DNA of 64,000 bases from assembly GCA_040954595.2 (NCBI GenBank), contig CM082592.2:9411677-9475676 (forward strand), in the 5' to 3' direction. The translations under genes and the position numbers were made by a program. Below, piece after piece: positions 25,806 through 39,112 of this stretch. This DNA comes from Balanoglossus misakiensis (lineage: Eukaryota > Animalia > Hemichordata). How positions within the stretch are numbered: the first letter of the stretch is position 1; the number at the start of each line of letters is the position of its first letter. A model generated the notes under the pieces. It saw only the letters and a program-made list of their open reading frames with translations, was not told the DNA's origin and made no database searches.

Positions 25806-27293
25806 CTATGATTTTAGAATTCTTCGCTGTTTGAACTCTTTAGCCAATCGCAAAGCTTCCTCGTTTCTCCTCACCCTCTCGTCCGTGTCCTTTGGAATGG
25901 TACTGTCCTGGAAGAATTTACTGTCTTTGATTAGTGCCGTGTTGTTCTTGACGATATCGTCCGGTTCGCCATAATTTGGCGGGTTGGCCATCGGGTCGTA
26001 GCCGAGCTTGGCCAGCATCGGCGCCACTTCCGCCATTACGGCCAAAACTTCTTCAGGTATGTGGCCCACCCATGTGGACAGCGCCCCCACGTTGATCGGT
26101 TTTACCACTTGGTCCGTGGAGAACTCCAACCTGTTGATTTGAATAAGAATGAAATATGAAGATAGAACAGATTGGTTCTCAAAATAAAATGAGCAGCACA
26201 TACTTGACATTCTACATTGTTCATAAGCTAACTTAACAAAATAAATATATATTATATATATGTATGTGGAAAATGACAGACAGACAGGCAGCGGATGGAA
26301 CCCAAACTTTGGATCCCGCGACCCATTAAAGAAAAATCAGAGCGAGTTTTGGTCATGTGATCGTCACATGATTGGAATCCAGTCGACCTACTTTGAAAGT
26401 GAAATTCCCCCGGGTTTGCCAACAGTCTCGTAGTGGTAAAGCACACTGTCGTTCCACGGAACTTTCAAAAAGCGAAGGATCCTTTTCATCCAGCTTTTAG
26501 GGTGAAGAACCAGTTGTTCATAGTAAACAGCGATGCACCGTTTGTCTCCGAGCTGCAGGCACTGGGCGTACATTTGTTCCAGGTACCTATTCCAAGTCTG
26601 CAGCGCTGTTCTGTACGAATTAAAATCGAACCCGGTCACCGTAACCTTTCGGGTGATTATTGAGTGCACGACGGCCCTGCCATCGCGAACCAGCAAGATA
26701 AACGAAGCATTGGGAAATATCTTGGCAAGCTCCGTCATTGTCAGAAGAACCAACGGGTCCTTGTTTCCGAGCAACGCGGCTTCTTCGCCGTGACCGACGG
26801 TCACTTCCATGATGTACGCCCCCAAAGCCGCCTGGAGGATATCCTCCGAGACGCCCGCCTCTTTCAACCTGCTCGCCTCCTTGCCAGAAGAGAGTATATG
26901 GCGGTGCATTTGAAGAATCATTGGGATTATCCGTGTTTCTTCGCCTATCCTGATGTCCGGGTGGGCGTCCAGCATGGCGCGCATCAGCGTCGTTCCGCTT
27001 CGGGGCACGCCGCCGACGAAGACAATCGGTCGGTTCCGGTCTTTCTTGGTGAAGCGCGTGAAGTCACTCACCGGCCAGTCCTCGGGAATCTCCACGGTCT
27101 GGTTCTGAACGATCTCCTGGAAAACTCTTCGGGCGAGCTGTCTCGACTCGTCGGTCAGTCGCCGGCGATGTTCGTGCAACTTTCGCCTGGCCTCGCCGCC
27201 GTCAAAGTTCAGCAGCAAGCCGACGTTGATGGCGAAGACAAACAGCAGAAGGATCCCCACGATCGTCACGAAACTTATGATGCGCCTCCCCAT
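25806..27293 (-). CDS. Tyrosylprotein-sulfotransferase-like Golgi type II membrane protein, 408 aa, divergent
   Basis: Exons 27293-26392 and 26130-25806. N-terminal TM, 5'-[70 protein letters not shown]. Confidence 0.94.
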
Positions 27294-29088
27294 GGTGACG
27301 GATGATAGCCAGCTCCTCTAGTTGTCATGGAAACAGGTGCGGTTTAGCCCCCGAGAAGCCATCTGTCAAGATGCAAGTAATAGAAAACACATTTTCAAAA
27401 TCACATTTTAAACATTAAAGCCCTGAAACTCGTTATTCTAAATAAATCGTGGGTGAATTTGGTTATTTCGCTTCCAGCGTGCTCGCCATGGAGACAAACC
27501 TTCAAGTATCTGATGATATTGTGCGTTTTCTTTCTTTGAATGTTTGTAAGTTCCAATTGATCCTGCGCAGGCGCTAAGGATTGACCGATAAGACCTAAAG
27601 AGCCATCCTTTGGGCATCCAGTTGCCGCGACGTGATAGGCGCTTATCGCGTACAGGTGGTAGTGAATCCGACGTGCTCCCCGCAACATTATCCAACGTTG
27701 CTATAGAAACGCTGACCCGGGCTACTCAGATATCGACGAGTCTAACCCCGTGCACTTGATTGAACACACCGCTTCTTTGATTAGATGTTCGAAGATAATT
27801 CCCCTTCAAGCAAGGTATAGACCAACTACATTTGATAACAGTTCGCGCACGGTAAGTGCTCGGGTCTCTGATAGAGTATAGCCACTGTAGCCTGTCATTG
27901 TGTCAGTTTTCGTATTAATAATACTCGCAATCGCTTTCCTTGGAATAAATCTTCAGTGCATGCTGTGATTTCCCAGTCTGCAAAGGATTACACACGCGTG
28001 TGTAAGCGAAGCCGACGCCCTTCGGACATTTTCAGTTATTCAGGCTTGTATTACAGGTCAGATAAAGCAAACTCGCGATTTCACGACGCGTGCGCGTAAC
28101 GAAGCACCACGATGCCTTGAACTCTTGTCGATGAAACTGAAATTAATCGGTTTCTTCAACACTCGGCGTTTTGTGAATCTTGTCTGTGATTCACTGAGTT
28201 CGTCCAACCGTGAATTCGACCCTCCCCGCTCGTGCGAAAATTCTCAAAAGGGCCATTCTTCAACGAAATGTCAGAATGGCGCGGTGATTCACTCGTATTC
28301 TCCGCCGTTGCCGTGCCAACAGCTCACATCTCTTCTCTAAATTTCTATTGTGAGAAGTCCTCGATCTGCAGGACTGGAGCTTTAAACTCCCGCTGTCGTG
28401 ACATCCTTTATCAATACAAAATAGTACGGTGACTGTAAAAGATGTGGGTATGTTTTATGACGTCCCTTAGAACACAGAACCCTCGCTAGAATATCAAATC
28501 ATAAAAATATTTTGTTTGAGCACGTATATATGTATGGAAAAAAACTCGTTCAATTGAACGCGTCGTCGGCCCGCGTTATCTGCGCTTAATCAGCAAATCA
28601 TCGCGCGCAGATTTTGTGCGAAAAATTGTCCAATTTTCGACAGAGGCTCCAACAGCGTAAAAAGGGGTCGGCAAACTTCAGAACTCAAAAACCACATGCT
28701 TGTTACCATCGCAACGCAATTATTAATCCCCGACCCTTCTTTTTTTCATTTCCAACCCTATTTTGCTATTTGTACGGTTTCCGTCTGATCAATTTCTTGC
28801 TATTTTGGGGTCTATGCTGTAGATAAGACACAACGCATTCCCTCGGGAAAATGTAAAACCTTCCTTTTTGAATTTATCGCCCGCTGGGTTCAGGATACGT
28901 GCCTATTTTCGTGAACACCGGATTCCTCTGAAACATGCAACGACTGATCAATCTCTTTTTTTACTATCGCTAAATATTTAAATAGGAAATCTGGTCTCGA
29001 TCGATTTTCTTTCCGTTTCTCCAGTCACTGAAACGATATGAAACGTTTCCGTTTGCATTTCTACCTGTAACACATGGAAGACACTGCT

Positions 29089-29135
<47 letters not shown>
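29089..29135. repeat. (GACA)n tetranucleotide microsatellite
   Basis: About 11.75 perfect GACA units. Confidence 0.95.
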
Positions 29136-30264
29136 TCATTAAGTCAGCAGACTTACATTAGCAGCAACTTGTCTTCCAAATGTTCTGTTGTTCGGTGGCC
29201 GGGCTTCGTTCATAGTCTAACACCTCCCCTATCGACATACAATACATAAAGAACCTATAGTCTGTCGGTGCGGGCGATTTGATAGCTATCCTGGACTTTT
29301 CTAGACGACACGTTTGTTGTCGGCCTCGTTTGATACATATATGAGTGTAGTCGGCTATAAGACGCAGTAGATGTATTCATTTTCATTCATACACATTTAA
29401 TTAGCCTAACTGAGAAGGATATGTGTGCTATATACCACGGCATGGCTTTCGGTTCATCTTTCCCCTAATCTCCCAGCAAATTAAACATTCATGCTACTGG
29501 TTCTTTTTCTCTATGGCAACACACCTGACGTTCACAATGTGATGATGAAATGATGAATAGGACGGGCGGGCATTTTGTTTCAGGCGAACGGTGTGCACAG
29601 CGCCGGGCTGGTGGTCGTTTTTGGCGTGCGATCCAGGGGTCCTTCCCGCGAAGCAGTCCACTGATCACCTCCAACAGAAATGGTGAAATCTGGGAGTGAA
29701 CATCTTTGATCAGAATCGGGGGGGGGGGGGAACGATACAGATTAACAATCGAATCGTGAGTTCGGCATTACCGTTACTTCAATACTCCCTAAGTATTGGT
29801 GTCAACAGTTAAGCTGCGCTGAAAGATTTCTGCCTTTCACGCTGAATTATAATTCTTAATTAACCTGGATTTCATTTTAAATGTCTGAAATCAAAACACC
29901 AAACTCAAACTGATACATAGAATATTTAAACTCGTTGTTTTACATGTCCGTGAAAGATATTATGACCTACGCTCGACTCGTACCTATCGGCCACTTCGTT
30001 TTCTGTTGGGAAATACGATGCGAAATTTCACAACAAAACTGGGTGGCACTGAATACTGGGCAGCGATGATATCAATTGAATATAGATGAGACGGCATTCA
30101 GCAACCGGAAAAGTGAAAGTCTTAGGGATGATTAAATATTCAAAGTTCGCTTTATAACTCTCAATGTGACTATAATAGAAATGAAATATACATGCATGTA
30201 CGATTTTCTTTCAAACACACGTGCATAGCGTGATCTCAACGTCATAATGAAATATAACGATGAC

Positions 30265-30503
30265 TAAGGGACTGGTCATTGTTAACTGAGAGGGGCGGTG
30301 TTTTTTTCCACGTCAAAGTTTCTGAGAGTGATATTCCCACTGATTTCGTCACCCACGCCGAACTAACTACCTCTCAAGCCCTGGTCGAACAGATATTCGA
30401 ATAAAAGAAATAGAATAAGAAACCATTCATTCAAGCGTGGCATCGTATGACATCCCCTCAAAACGCCGCCTCCCCGCCAGATACAAATGGCGGGTCCCTT
30501 TTA
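30265..30503. mobile_element. Degenerate MITE-like element (~240 bp)
   Basis: Left end TAAGGGGACTGGTCATT...GAGGGGCGG and right end CCGCCTCCCC...AATGGCGGGTCCCTTTTA are imperfect inverted repeats. Similar single ends occur near 6583-6613, 7659-7690 and 11173-11206. Confidence 0.5.
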
Positions 30504-33500
30504 GTGTAACTTCGGCGTGTAGGTTTACGGACGTTGACATGGTGACAGGAGATGATCGCGGTGCGCGCGAGGCTGAAATCTGATGCGGTCGTGTGGATGT
30601 CAGCAAACGATACTTCTGTGTTTTTTTCTACGGGGCAGCTTATTTGTCAGTGGAGCGGAGATTTGGGCGGAAAACTGGGCATCTGCACACTGTGATTTAT
30701 ATCACACCGTTGTTCGAGTTAAACTGTGTGTATTGCGTATGGCATTTTATGTAAGCGTTCGTTGAAAGAATCCAGCGAAATATACCGAGCGTTCAATATC
30801 GCCCATTCATCGTCGTGAATACAAAAACACACACGCGTGTGTGGCGCTTTCGAATCATGCATTCTTTTCCCGGATTATGCAAGCTTTGGCAGCTGTGACA
30901 GCGGCCCGTGTGATCCACGTGTAAATATGCGACAAAGGAACGGTAATGTCTGCCCCGGTGACTGGTCCACCGAACTAAAGGTCAAACTATAGACACCCTG
31001 TGTAAGATTTTCAATAGCAGTCCACTGCGTAAAAATTCATTTTACACTAAATAAATAAATAAATTTTGAATGTGAGGGAGGACAAAATCCATATCATACC
31101 AGTCCACAAGTTCAACAAAATGCTAAGTAAGAGTATTTGTTGCAGCAGTCAAGCGGACCAGACACTTGTACGTTGTCTACATTGACCTGCAAATTGCAAA
31201 GCATCTTAAAGACGTCTCGGTCGGGTCTCGGAACGTCTTCACATTGTGGTTAATCTGGCAGCCGTCTCCTTGAGCAGACGGCGCGAGCTTCCGTGTACTA
31301 ATAACCCGATTACGCGGGAAATCACTGGGAAATTGCATGTAATATGATTGATATATAACCAAAATGAAACCGCACGCCATGACAGCTATGATTAATACGC
31401 GTACGAATGATCGGACAATAATTGCATTGCCAAGTTGTGTACCAAACTCAAGTGCCATTCAATGTTGATGGCTTTGATAAAAAATAAATAAATGTGGTGA
31501 CATGTTCGCCCAAGTGATTGATATCATCATAAAAACTTCAATATTTGTGAGTGACGAAAGCTTTGTCGGCCATCTTTGCGATGCACCCACCAGAAAACAA
31601 TACACACCTGTCAACATGCAACCATTGCAAATAACCACAGGGCGAATTATCCATTTGCAGAGTGTGCTCGGGATCTTTCACTTACGTTTGTGTTGTCCAC
31701 GGTAAACACGACCGGAGCTTGCTGCGACATTTCACTGTCGGCCACGCTTCGGGTGAGCACCCAAGTAAAACTCGTGTGAACACCGAACGGAATATTACCG
31801 ACGCATTATCTCGTAGCAACTTGATAACAGGTGCGCATGCAAACGTACACATCTGTCGGAGGCAATGTAATAAGACATGACCTTTGCTGGAAACTGTAAT
31901 TATTGGACTAATACGGAAAAGATAAATGAACTGAAGCGTAAAAGTCTGAAGGAAGTATAGATGGATTGCTATATCCTGCGAATTTTGAGATTGCTGTAGT
32001 GAAGTACTGCCCGACAAGGCATATAGACTATCGTGCGCAATGCTTTATACGCATAAATCGTTCGATAAAGAAACTCAAGCGTGTGCGCTGCCAGGGCTTA
32101 CGGGTGTCTTTACTCGGAGAGTTTTCGAAATGGCGTTTTATTAAATCTGCAGTTTTTCCTGGATTGGTCTTTTACAGAAAATAACGTAGTCAATTGAAAA
32201 AAAGACGATGTGGGTACTGATGCATGTTGTGATTAAGGACTCAGTCTTCTGGCGGCAAATTTTACGGTCGACTTCTAACGATTTCGCCTGTTGCCGTCCG
32301 GAATAATTGGCAGCCAACACACTCATTTTGAGTTGCCACTCTTAATCCTGGTCATTATATCGGTGTGTAGGCTCCCCAGAACGCCCACAGTTAACCGGGT
32401 GGCATTAACTCTAACGCGGTGTAGATCCTTTTTCTCTCCTCGCAGGTAATCTGCACTCGGTGGGATGGCCACCAATCGGCCGATAATTGTAAAATGAAAG
32501 AAAGCCGCTCCGCACGCTGTGCAAAACAAAGACAGAGACTTCAGATCGAGATGATCCTTAATAAGTTGTTTCTCAGTGCGACAATTCAACTCCATACAAA
32601 GTCTCCACGAGGGTTCGACGTTTCACAAGTATTAAAACATGTTTCAGAAATATTTTTCACCAGATTACGCAATCTATGCTGTGATTCCTATAGATTCAGT
32701 ACAATATATGTATCCACATAGCATGCTAATGATTGATTGATTGCTCGATCGATCGATCGGTGCAAAATAATGACATGCAATTTTATAAGACGTTTTCTCG
32801 ATACTAATATGGTTGTCAGTGTCTATTGTAGTAGAGCATAACGACATTACAGCAATCAGTGTGATCTCTACTTTACATGATAAAATATTAATGTCAGGAT
32901 TTAATCGAGCCTGCAGGGTCAACCTTGCCATTACGTCAATCGTAAAAAATGCTATAAGTCCATTTATCCTTCCGTTATTCGCAATGTGTTTGTCATAAAA
33001 AGATTTATGTCTGGATTCTAACTAGCAGGAATAACATGCTTGATAGAAATAACATTTTGAAGGTGCATTTATCTTAATTGAATTGATACACTGAACTATA
33101 ATTGTGATTTTCACCGTGGTCGCGCGAGAGAAAATCTTGCATTGGGTATAGATTGCCTCTGGTGGTAGATTATTTCATCGTGACGACGACAATCGAGCTA
33201 TTTCGCAAGCACGTTTAATCGTTTCCCTCCCTGTCAAGAATGGAATACCGCTCAACAGGGGCTAGAGACTGGGTGACATTGAAATAGTAGAAAATCGTGA
33301 AAATGCCATATTTATTTTATCTCTCAAGCAGCAGCACAATAGTCTCGGCGCATGTGGCAAGTCGAGACGCCATCAGTCGCGTTAGAAGATAATCTGGATC
33401 TCATGGATTCCCCCTTATTAGGGAAACCGCACGCGATCTGCGCAAAGCTTCGTGAAGTGTATAGGTTGTTGGGTCAGAGCTCTCCATTTAGGCATTACTA

Positions 33501-36500
33501 CAGACTACAAAAGCCTCCATCTCTGCTTCTGTTACATGCAATTCCAGTCTAGGTAGACGGTCGCGCCTGGGCGCATTAATCGAAAGCCCTAATCGGCGCC
33601 ATGATGAGACAAAAATTATAATTTCTGCGTTCGCCGGAGGATTTGCTCAAAAAGCGTCTAATGGGCTGTGTCGCGCAGACAAGGGCGACCACAATATGAT
33701 TGGACATAATTCATTTGGTCGATAGAAGCTTGCTTAATTCTCCAGCAAGTCATTTTTGAAGTAATTCGTTACCTGCCGGCGGTGATGTAGCGCGTCTCGC
33801 GCGCCAAGTGCGCCCTAACTGCGTAATCACACGCGTGGGCGCGCTTGGAATTCCCCACTTTGTCATCTTCATGTCCAGTTACCTTTATTTATTAACACTG
33901 ACAGTGAAACGGTGACCACTTAAGAACACATTTCAAGCATCGAGTCATCAGCACCGTTGTGAAAATTTCTATATTCACAGAGTAAAAACACCTCCCCTAC
34001 TTCATGTCTGTTACCTTGACTGACAAAGCGCCAGTGATGTCGTAATTTGCGAAGTTTATATTAACGCGATGTGCTAAAGCTTCTATTTGAATTTCCCAAG
34101 GGAGTTTGCATATTTGCCTAGCAAACCACACGTCTCTAAATTGAATTGGGTCTAAAAGATTATTTCAAGTTGCCTATATCGTGCAGGTCACGAATCGTCC
34201 GGAAAATGTATTACATGCAGACGTACTATATATACGAACCACGAAATCCCGATTTCTCAACTCCAAGAGTTAATTAGAACTGTACAAATAAAACCGAAAA
34301 ATTCTGACCACGTTTGAGGCGAAGAACGGTGAATCAGTTGTATAAACATGTTTTGAATACATACACGGCCGGCTGCGTCGACCTGACAGCTATAGAGTGT
34401 TGCCAGAGCAACTTGCGCAAATCTAATATAGCCCATCAGTGGTTAATCGAAATGCAACGCGGAGGCCAATTCAAGTCTTTGGAATGTGAATACATCACAG
34501 TCGCTCTCCACTTCATCCTCAGAAGAAGGAAAAATCCGCATGGATCGTGCAGGAAAATATGGTACACAAAAATTGCGAGAAAATATGTAGATAATTTGCG
34601 ATATCTGACGAGAACGGTCCGTTCGTTTTATTGTACAGAGGGCAAACGACGCACTCAGTGAAGGTATGCGCTGATATCACGTATACGGAACCAATACATT
34701 GATATCGATTACAAAACCAGTCGGTAATATCAAAATTTAACGATATCGTCCGTACTAGCATTCAAGACACGTCTCGCACGATACATACTGCCAAAGCTTA
34801 TCAAAGGATGCATGGTGAATAATATATAGAAGCACTCACCGCTTATTTGTGTTCAGCGTGATTTCAAATCTGTCATTGTGCGGTAACGATACGTTCCGCG
34901 GCTCTAACGTGACTATCTATCGCATTATACGCGTAGGATGGGAACGGGTATACACTTCTAGCTTCGCCGGCCAAATTTGACGATTGACGGTCGGAGTCTT
35001 TTTTTTCGCCTCGTCCTGCTCGTGTTCAGTCACACGGGACCTGCGACTGAAGTGTCTGTTCTCTCCGCAAAAGACGCATGTGAAGCGCGGTCCATCAGAT
35101 CGCCGCTTTCCATTGCGGAGCCGCTTCAAATACAAGTCTATCGAGCATGCGCCCAAGCGAATCCGATTTCCCCCGTCGCAAAACACAGTAAGCCGCCGCA
35201 ATGCAAATACCCTTGGTTGCGCTCTGTGTAATAAGCGAGTCAGTGGTACCTTTGACCCCATCATGCTTTACGATTGAAGAAAGGTGACCGATAAGATCTC
35301 ACTTCAAGACCTCAATTCTCATTTTTCATAATTTTCCACAGCATGCGTCAAATACAGAAAGACGCTAGAGATAGTTGTAAATTTTAACCTCCTTTCAAAT
35401 TTTTGTTTCGTGTGTCAAATGTAATTTCTCGATTTACTCAATGCATCAATACACAGCGTGTGGACGCGGCGTGCTTAAATAGTATAGTTACCCTTACTAT
35501 GCAGGCAATATTGATTTGGAAAGCTAGTCCAATATTCATTTTCCCTCCCAATATATTTTTGAGACTAGACCGAGAAGATATGGCGTCACAAGCGGAAAAA
35601 ATCATTAGTGTGAAAATCAGACCAGACACTTCGTACCGTGCTGTTATTTTCACAAGAAAGCAATTCTTTCTTACGTACTTAGCAGAAAGGAAATTGACGC
35701 ACTTTGAGGTATATATAAACAGTTTGCACTTTGCGCCGGAATTGACGTCACAGTTCTATACTTACACACTATTTGAAACTAGCTTTTCAAAATGGATAGT
35801 GTGTGTCTAACCGACCATTTGCCTATTGCAAGATGCAAGTCAAGACTGGCAACGAAGTCATACTGTGTCAAACACGAAAAGTGTTCAGTCGCTTCGGTGA
35901 CGCATGGGTATACGCTTGCGATGAAATTGTTCACGGGTAAACCTCACCGCAGTGAGACATAATTCGTCGAGGTAGAGATGCGCGCTGGTTAGTTGTTTTC
36001 TTTACCAGGAGGCAACAGATGCTACTGATGTCATTATATTTGCTCGTGGTATAAAAGAAAAGCGTGGTGATAAAGTTCATGTGTGCAAAGTGTGGGCGAC
36101 TCTTCACAAAGCAGCAGATGCGCAGTACACGTAAGTTGATTTAAAAGACAGGTTACGATCTCTACAAGACGTCACCTCTGACGTGTGTTCGCTATATTTG
36201 TCGTAAAAAGATCTGTTTCGCAAACAAAGACAAGAGTGGTTGCTCTCTGAACGGAACTTGAAGGCTTTGTCAGTTGCTGCAACTTTTGACTAATTCTAAC
36301 ATCGTCTATTACACTTTGGCATTTGTCACTCGTATGTGCATATGAGAACATCGATATTAAACGAAAACCCTCCGATAAATGCGATGCTGAAAATACGTGG
36401 CGACAATATGCGGTGGTGAAAGTGTGGATGATATATGAGGTTTCAGGTGCAAATTAGAATGTCTTTATAGGAAGCGTAGGCCATAGACGGTCGTAATGAT

Positions 36501-37441
36501 AGATGGGTGTGTTTGCCTTTGTGAATTGAATCCCTCTTAACGTAACCTGCGCCGGCTGTGACTTATTTCGTAACCTTTTTGAGTGGAAAACAGCGACTTC
36601 CTGAACTTTTACAGAAACACTTAATCTTCTAGATTCGAACACAAAGTCTGAAATGTTTCGCCAATTTATATCACATGTGCCAGTGATATCGCTTACAAAC
36701 ATTGGTAATGGAGCTATAAATACACAGCAACTGGGTTTACTTTCGAAGGGGTACAACCCAGACCAAACGACTGCTATTGCGGTAGTGAACAGTGAGGACG
36801 ATCGCATCTGCACAAACGGCAATTAGGGGCAGCACAGTCAAATCTGTTGCCTGGGCAACCGAGTTGAATATCCGGTTAATGTAATGTAATGGAAGGGTAC
36901 TTGGGGATACGGAACTTGTCGATTTTACTCTGCGAGCTATTCCGCTACATGTAAATATTTGAAGTTTTGAGAATCGTCATCAATGCATTTGCTCTATCCA
37001 ACATTAATACGTGGATAATATTGTTTGGAATATGCTAGTGACGTGATGGTATATTAGGCTTGTAGTTTTAATAATGTCGCCGCTTGACTATTTTCGTATA
37101 GTTTCGACAAGAAACCTAAGTTGAATATAATTTTTGGTTACTATAGTGACAACATCTTTACGCGTTACCTCATGGCAATCTTTGCTATCGAACAACTGAT
37201 GCTGCCAGACAGGTTAATCAACACACAGACCAGACTTTGTGAAATCAGGTCGTGGTCCCAAAGGGACGTTCAAAGGTCAAAGCAGTACGTTCCAAAGCCA
37301 AATCGTTCAAAGGTGGGATGGGCCTGGCTGGCTGCTCTACAGCTGTACTGATTGTAATATCCTATCCAAGGACGTCGACAGCTCGTGGAGCTATAGTATA
37401 AAGACGGACAGACATACAGACAGCAATACAAGGTCGGAACA

Positions 37442-39060
37442 ATGGTGTCCGAAACCCAGTTCATTTTAGGGATCGCAGCGATCATCCTGTCTCTCGTCGT
37501 CACAAATCTTCTGAAGGCATTACTACGAAAACCCCAAATAGAAAACTCTCCACGCAAATACCCCTCCGATGCAGACAAGAAGGTGAAACACTGTAAATCG
37601 CTTTAAACTAATGATGATAGATATTTAACATGGAGTACATTGCACCTAAGAAACAATGGTTGAATTTGCGCTAACAGGTGTCCGATCAAATTTGACAGAT
37701 TTGTTTTCAGTTACTAATGGACCATAGACTATATGTGTATCACATAACATGGAATATACCCGTATGTATGTGTACGTACATGTTTCTCGACAGTTAATGA
37801 GGTCACCATGCAGATCCCTTGTCAGTGGGAGCCACTCGTCAAAATTGATCAACTCTGAACATAGCTGCAGTTCAGTAGCTCTAGGTTTTATTTGTCAAAT
37901 ATGTCCGCAGAAATTACGAAATTCATGTTACTGCTGCTCTGTTTTTTACACTGATCGAATCACAAGTTAGGGCTTTATTATTTACCCGATATTAACTATT
38001 ATCAATAAATAACATAACAGTCTCTGCTCACTTGTCAGTCACCCCTTACTTTCCTTACCTGACCATAGAGGGCACCGTTTCACCAAGGGTCTAACATACC
38101 CCAGATATTAACTATTCACGGAAAACAATTTCATTTGCAACTATCTTGCAGCTGTGTAACATGCTTTCCCTCTGAGATAATACAATTTTCCACTATTCAT
38201 AAATCTGTAGTTAAGATATAAAGTCAATTTGAGAGAAATCCCCAGAGAGATTTTGATTTATAGCTTAATAAGACATTCATAATTTCTGTGCTCATGGTCA
38301 TTGTGATCAAATTGTGTGATAATGTTTTCTTTAAACCCAGGGGTGACATTTTTTATTTAACTAGATGTGATCTGTAAAATTTTATCGTTGAATACAAGAT
38401 TTGAAAAAATGGATGATTTATTTAGGGTCTGCCTTGGTCTCAGCAATATTTTCATGAAATATTATAGGGTCACATCTGTAGTTCCCAGAATGCCAATGTC
38501 AGAATGTCTTTCTCCGGCCCATGATGACGCCAATGGAAATCCCCTTAACTGAATTATTAGACTATCAATTAAATCCATCTGGAGATGAAAAGTTTAATCC
38601 TTCAATAAGCCTCTTGGCATGATGCACTACTTAGGTGGTAATTATTCTGTTTCAGAGATAATTAACTTTCTGTTCATTCTTCCGTGTTAAGGGCTCATCC
38701 AAGCGGTGTTTAAGGGGGAGGGCTGCAGTTGGTTTATTTCTTGTATATCTTTTGTATAATTCAATTCTTCTTATTTGGCAATTTCAGGCGAAGAGAGATT
38801 TTTATCATGTAGCTGTTGTAGGAGCTGGTCCAGGGGGTGCCACAACTGCGTACTACCTGGCTAAGGCAGGATGGAACTGTCTTCTGCTTGAAAAGAAGAA
38901 GTTCCCCCGTGACAAGTACTGTGGTGATGCCGTTTGTAAAACAGCTATTGAAATTCTCATGGATATGGGAATCTATGAACAGCTCATTGAAGAAAAGAAA
39001 GCTCATGTGGTGAGTGCTATGTAACTCTGTGTCACCACCACCACCACCCTCGCTGCCACC

Positions 39061-39112
<52 letters not shown>

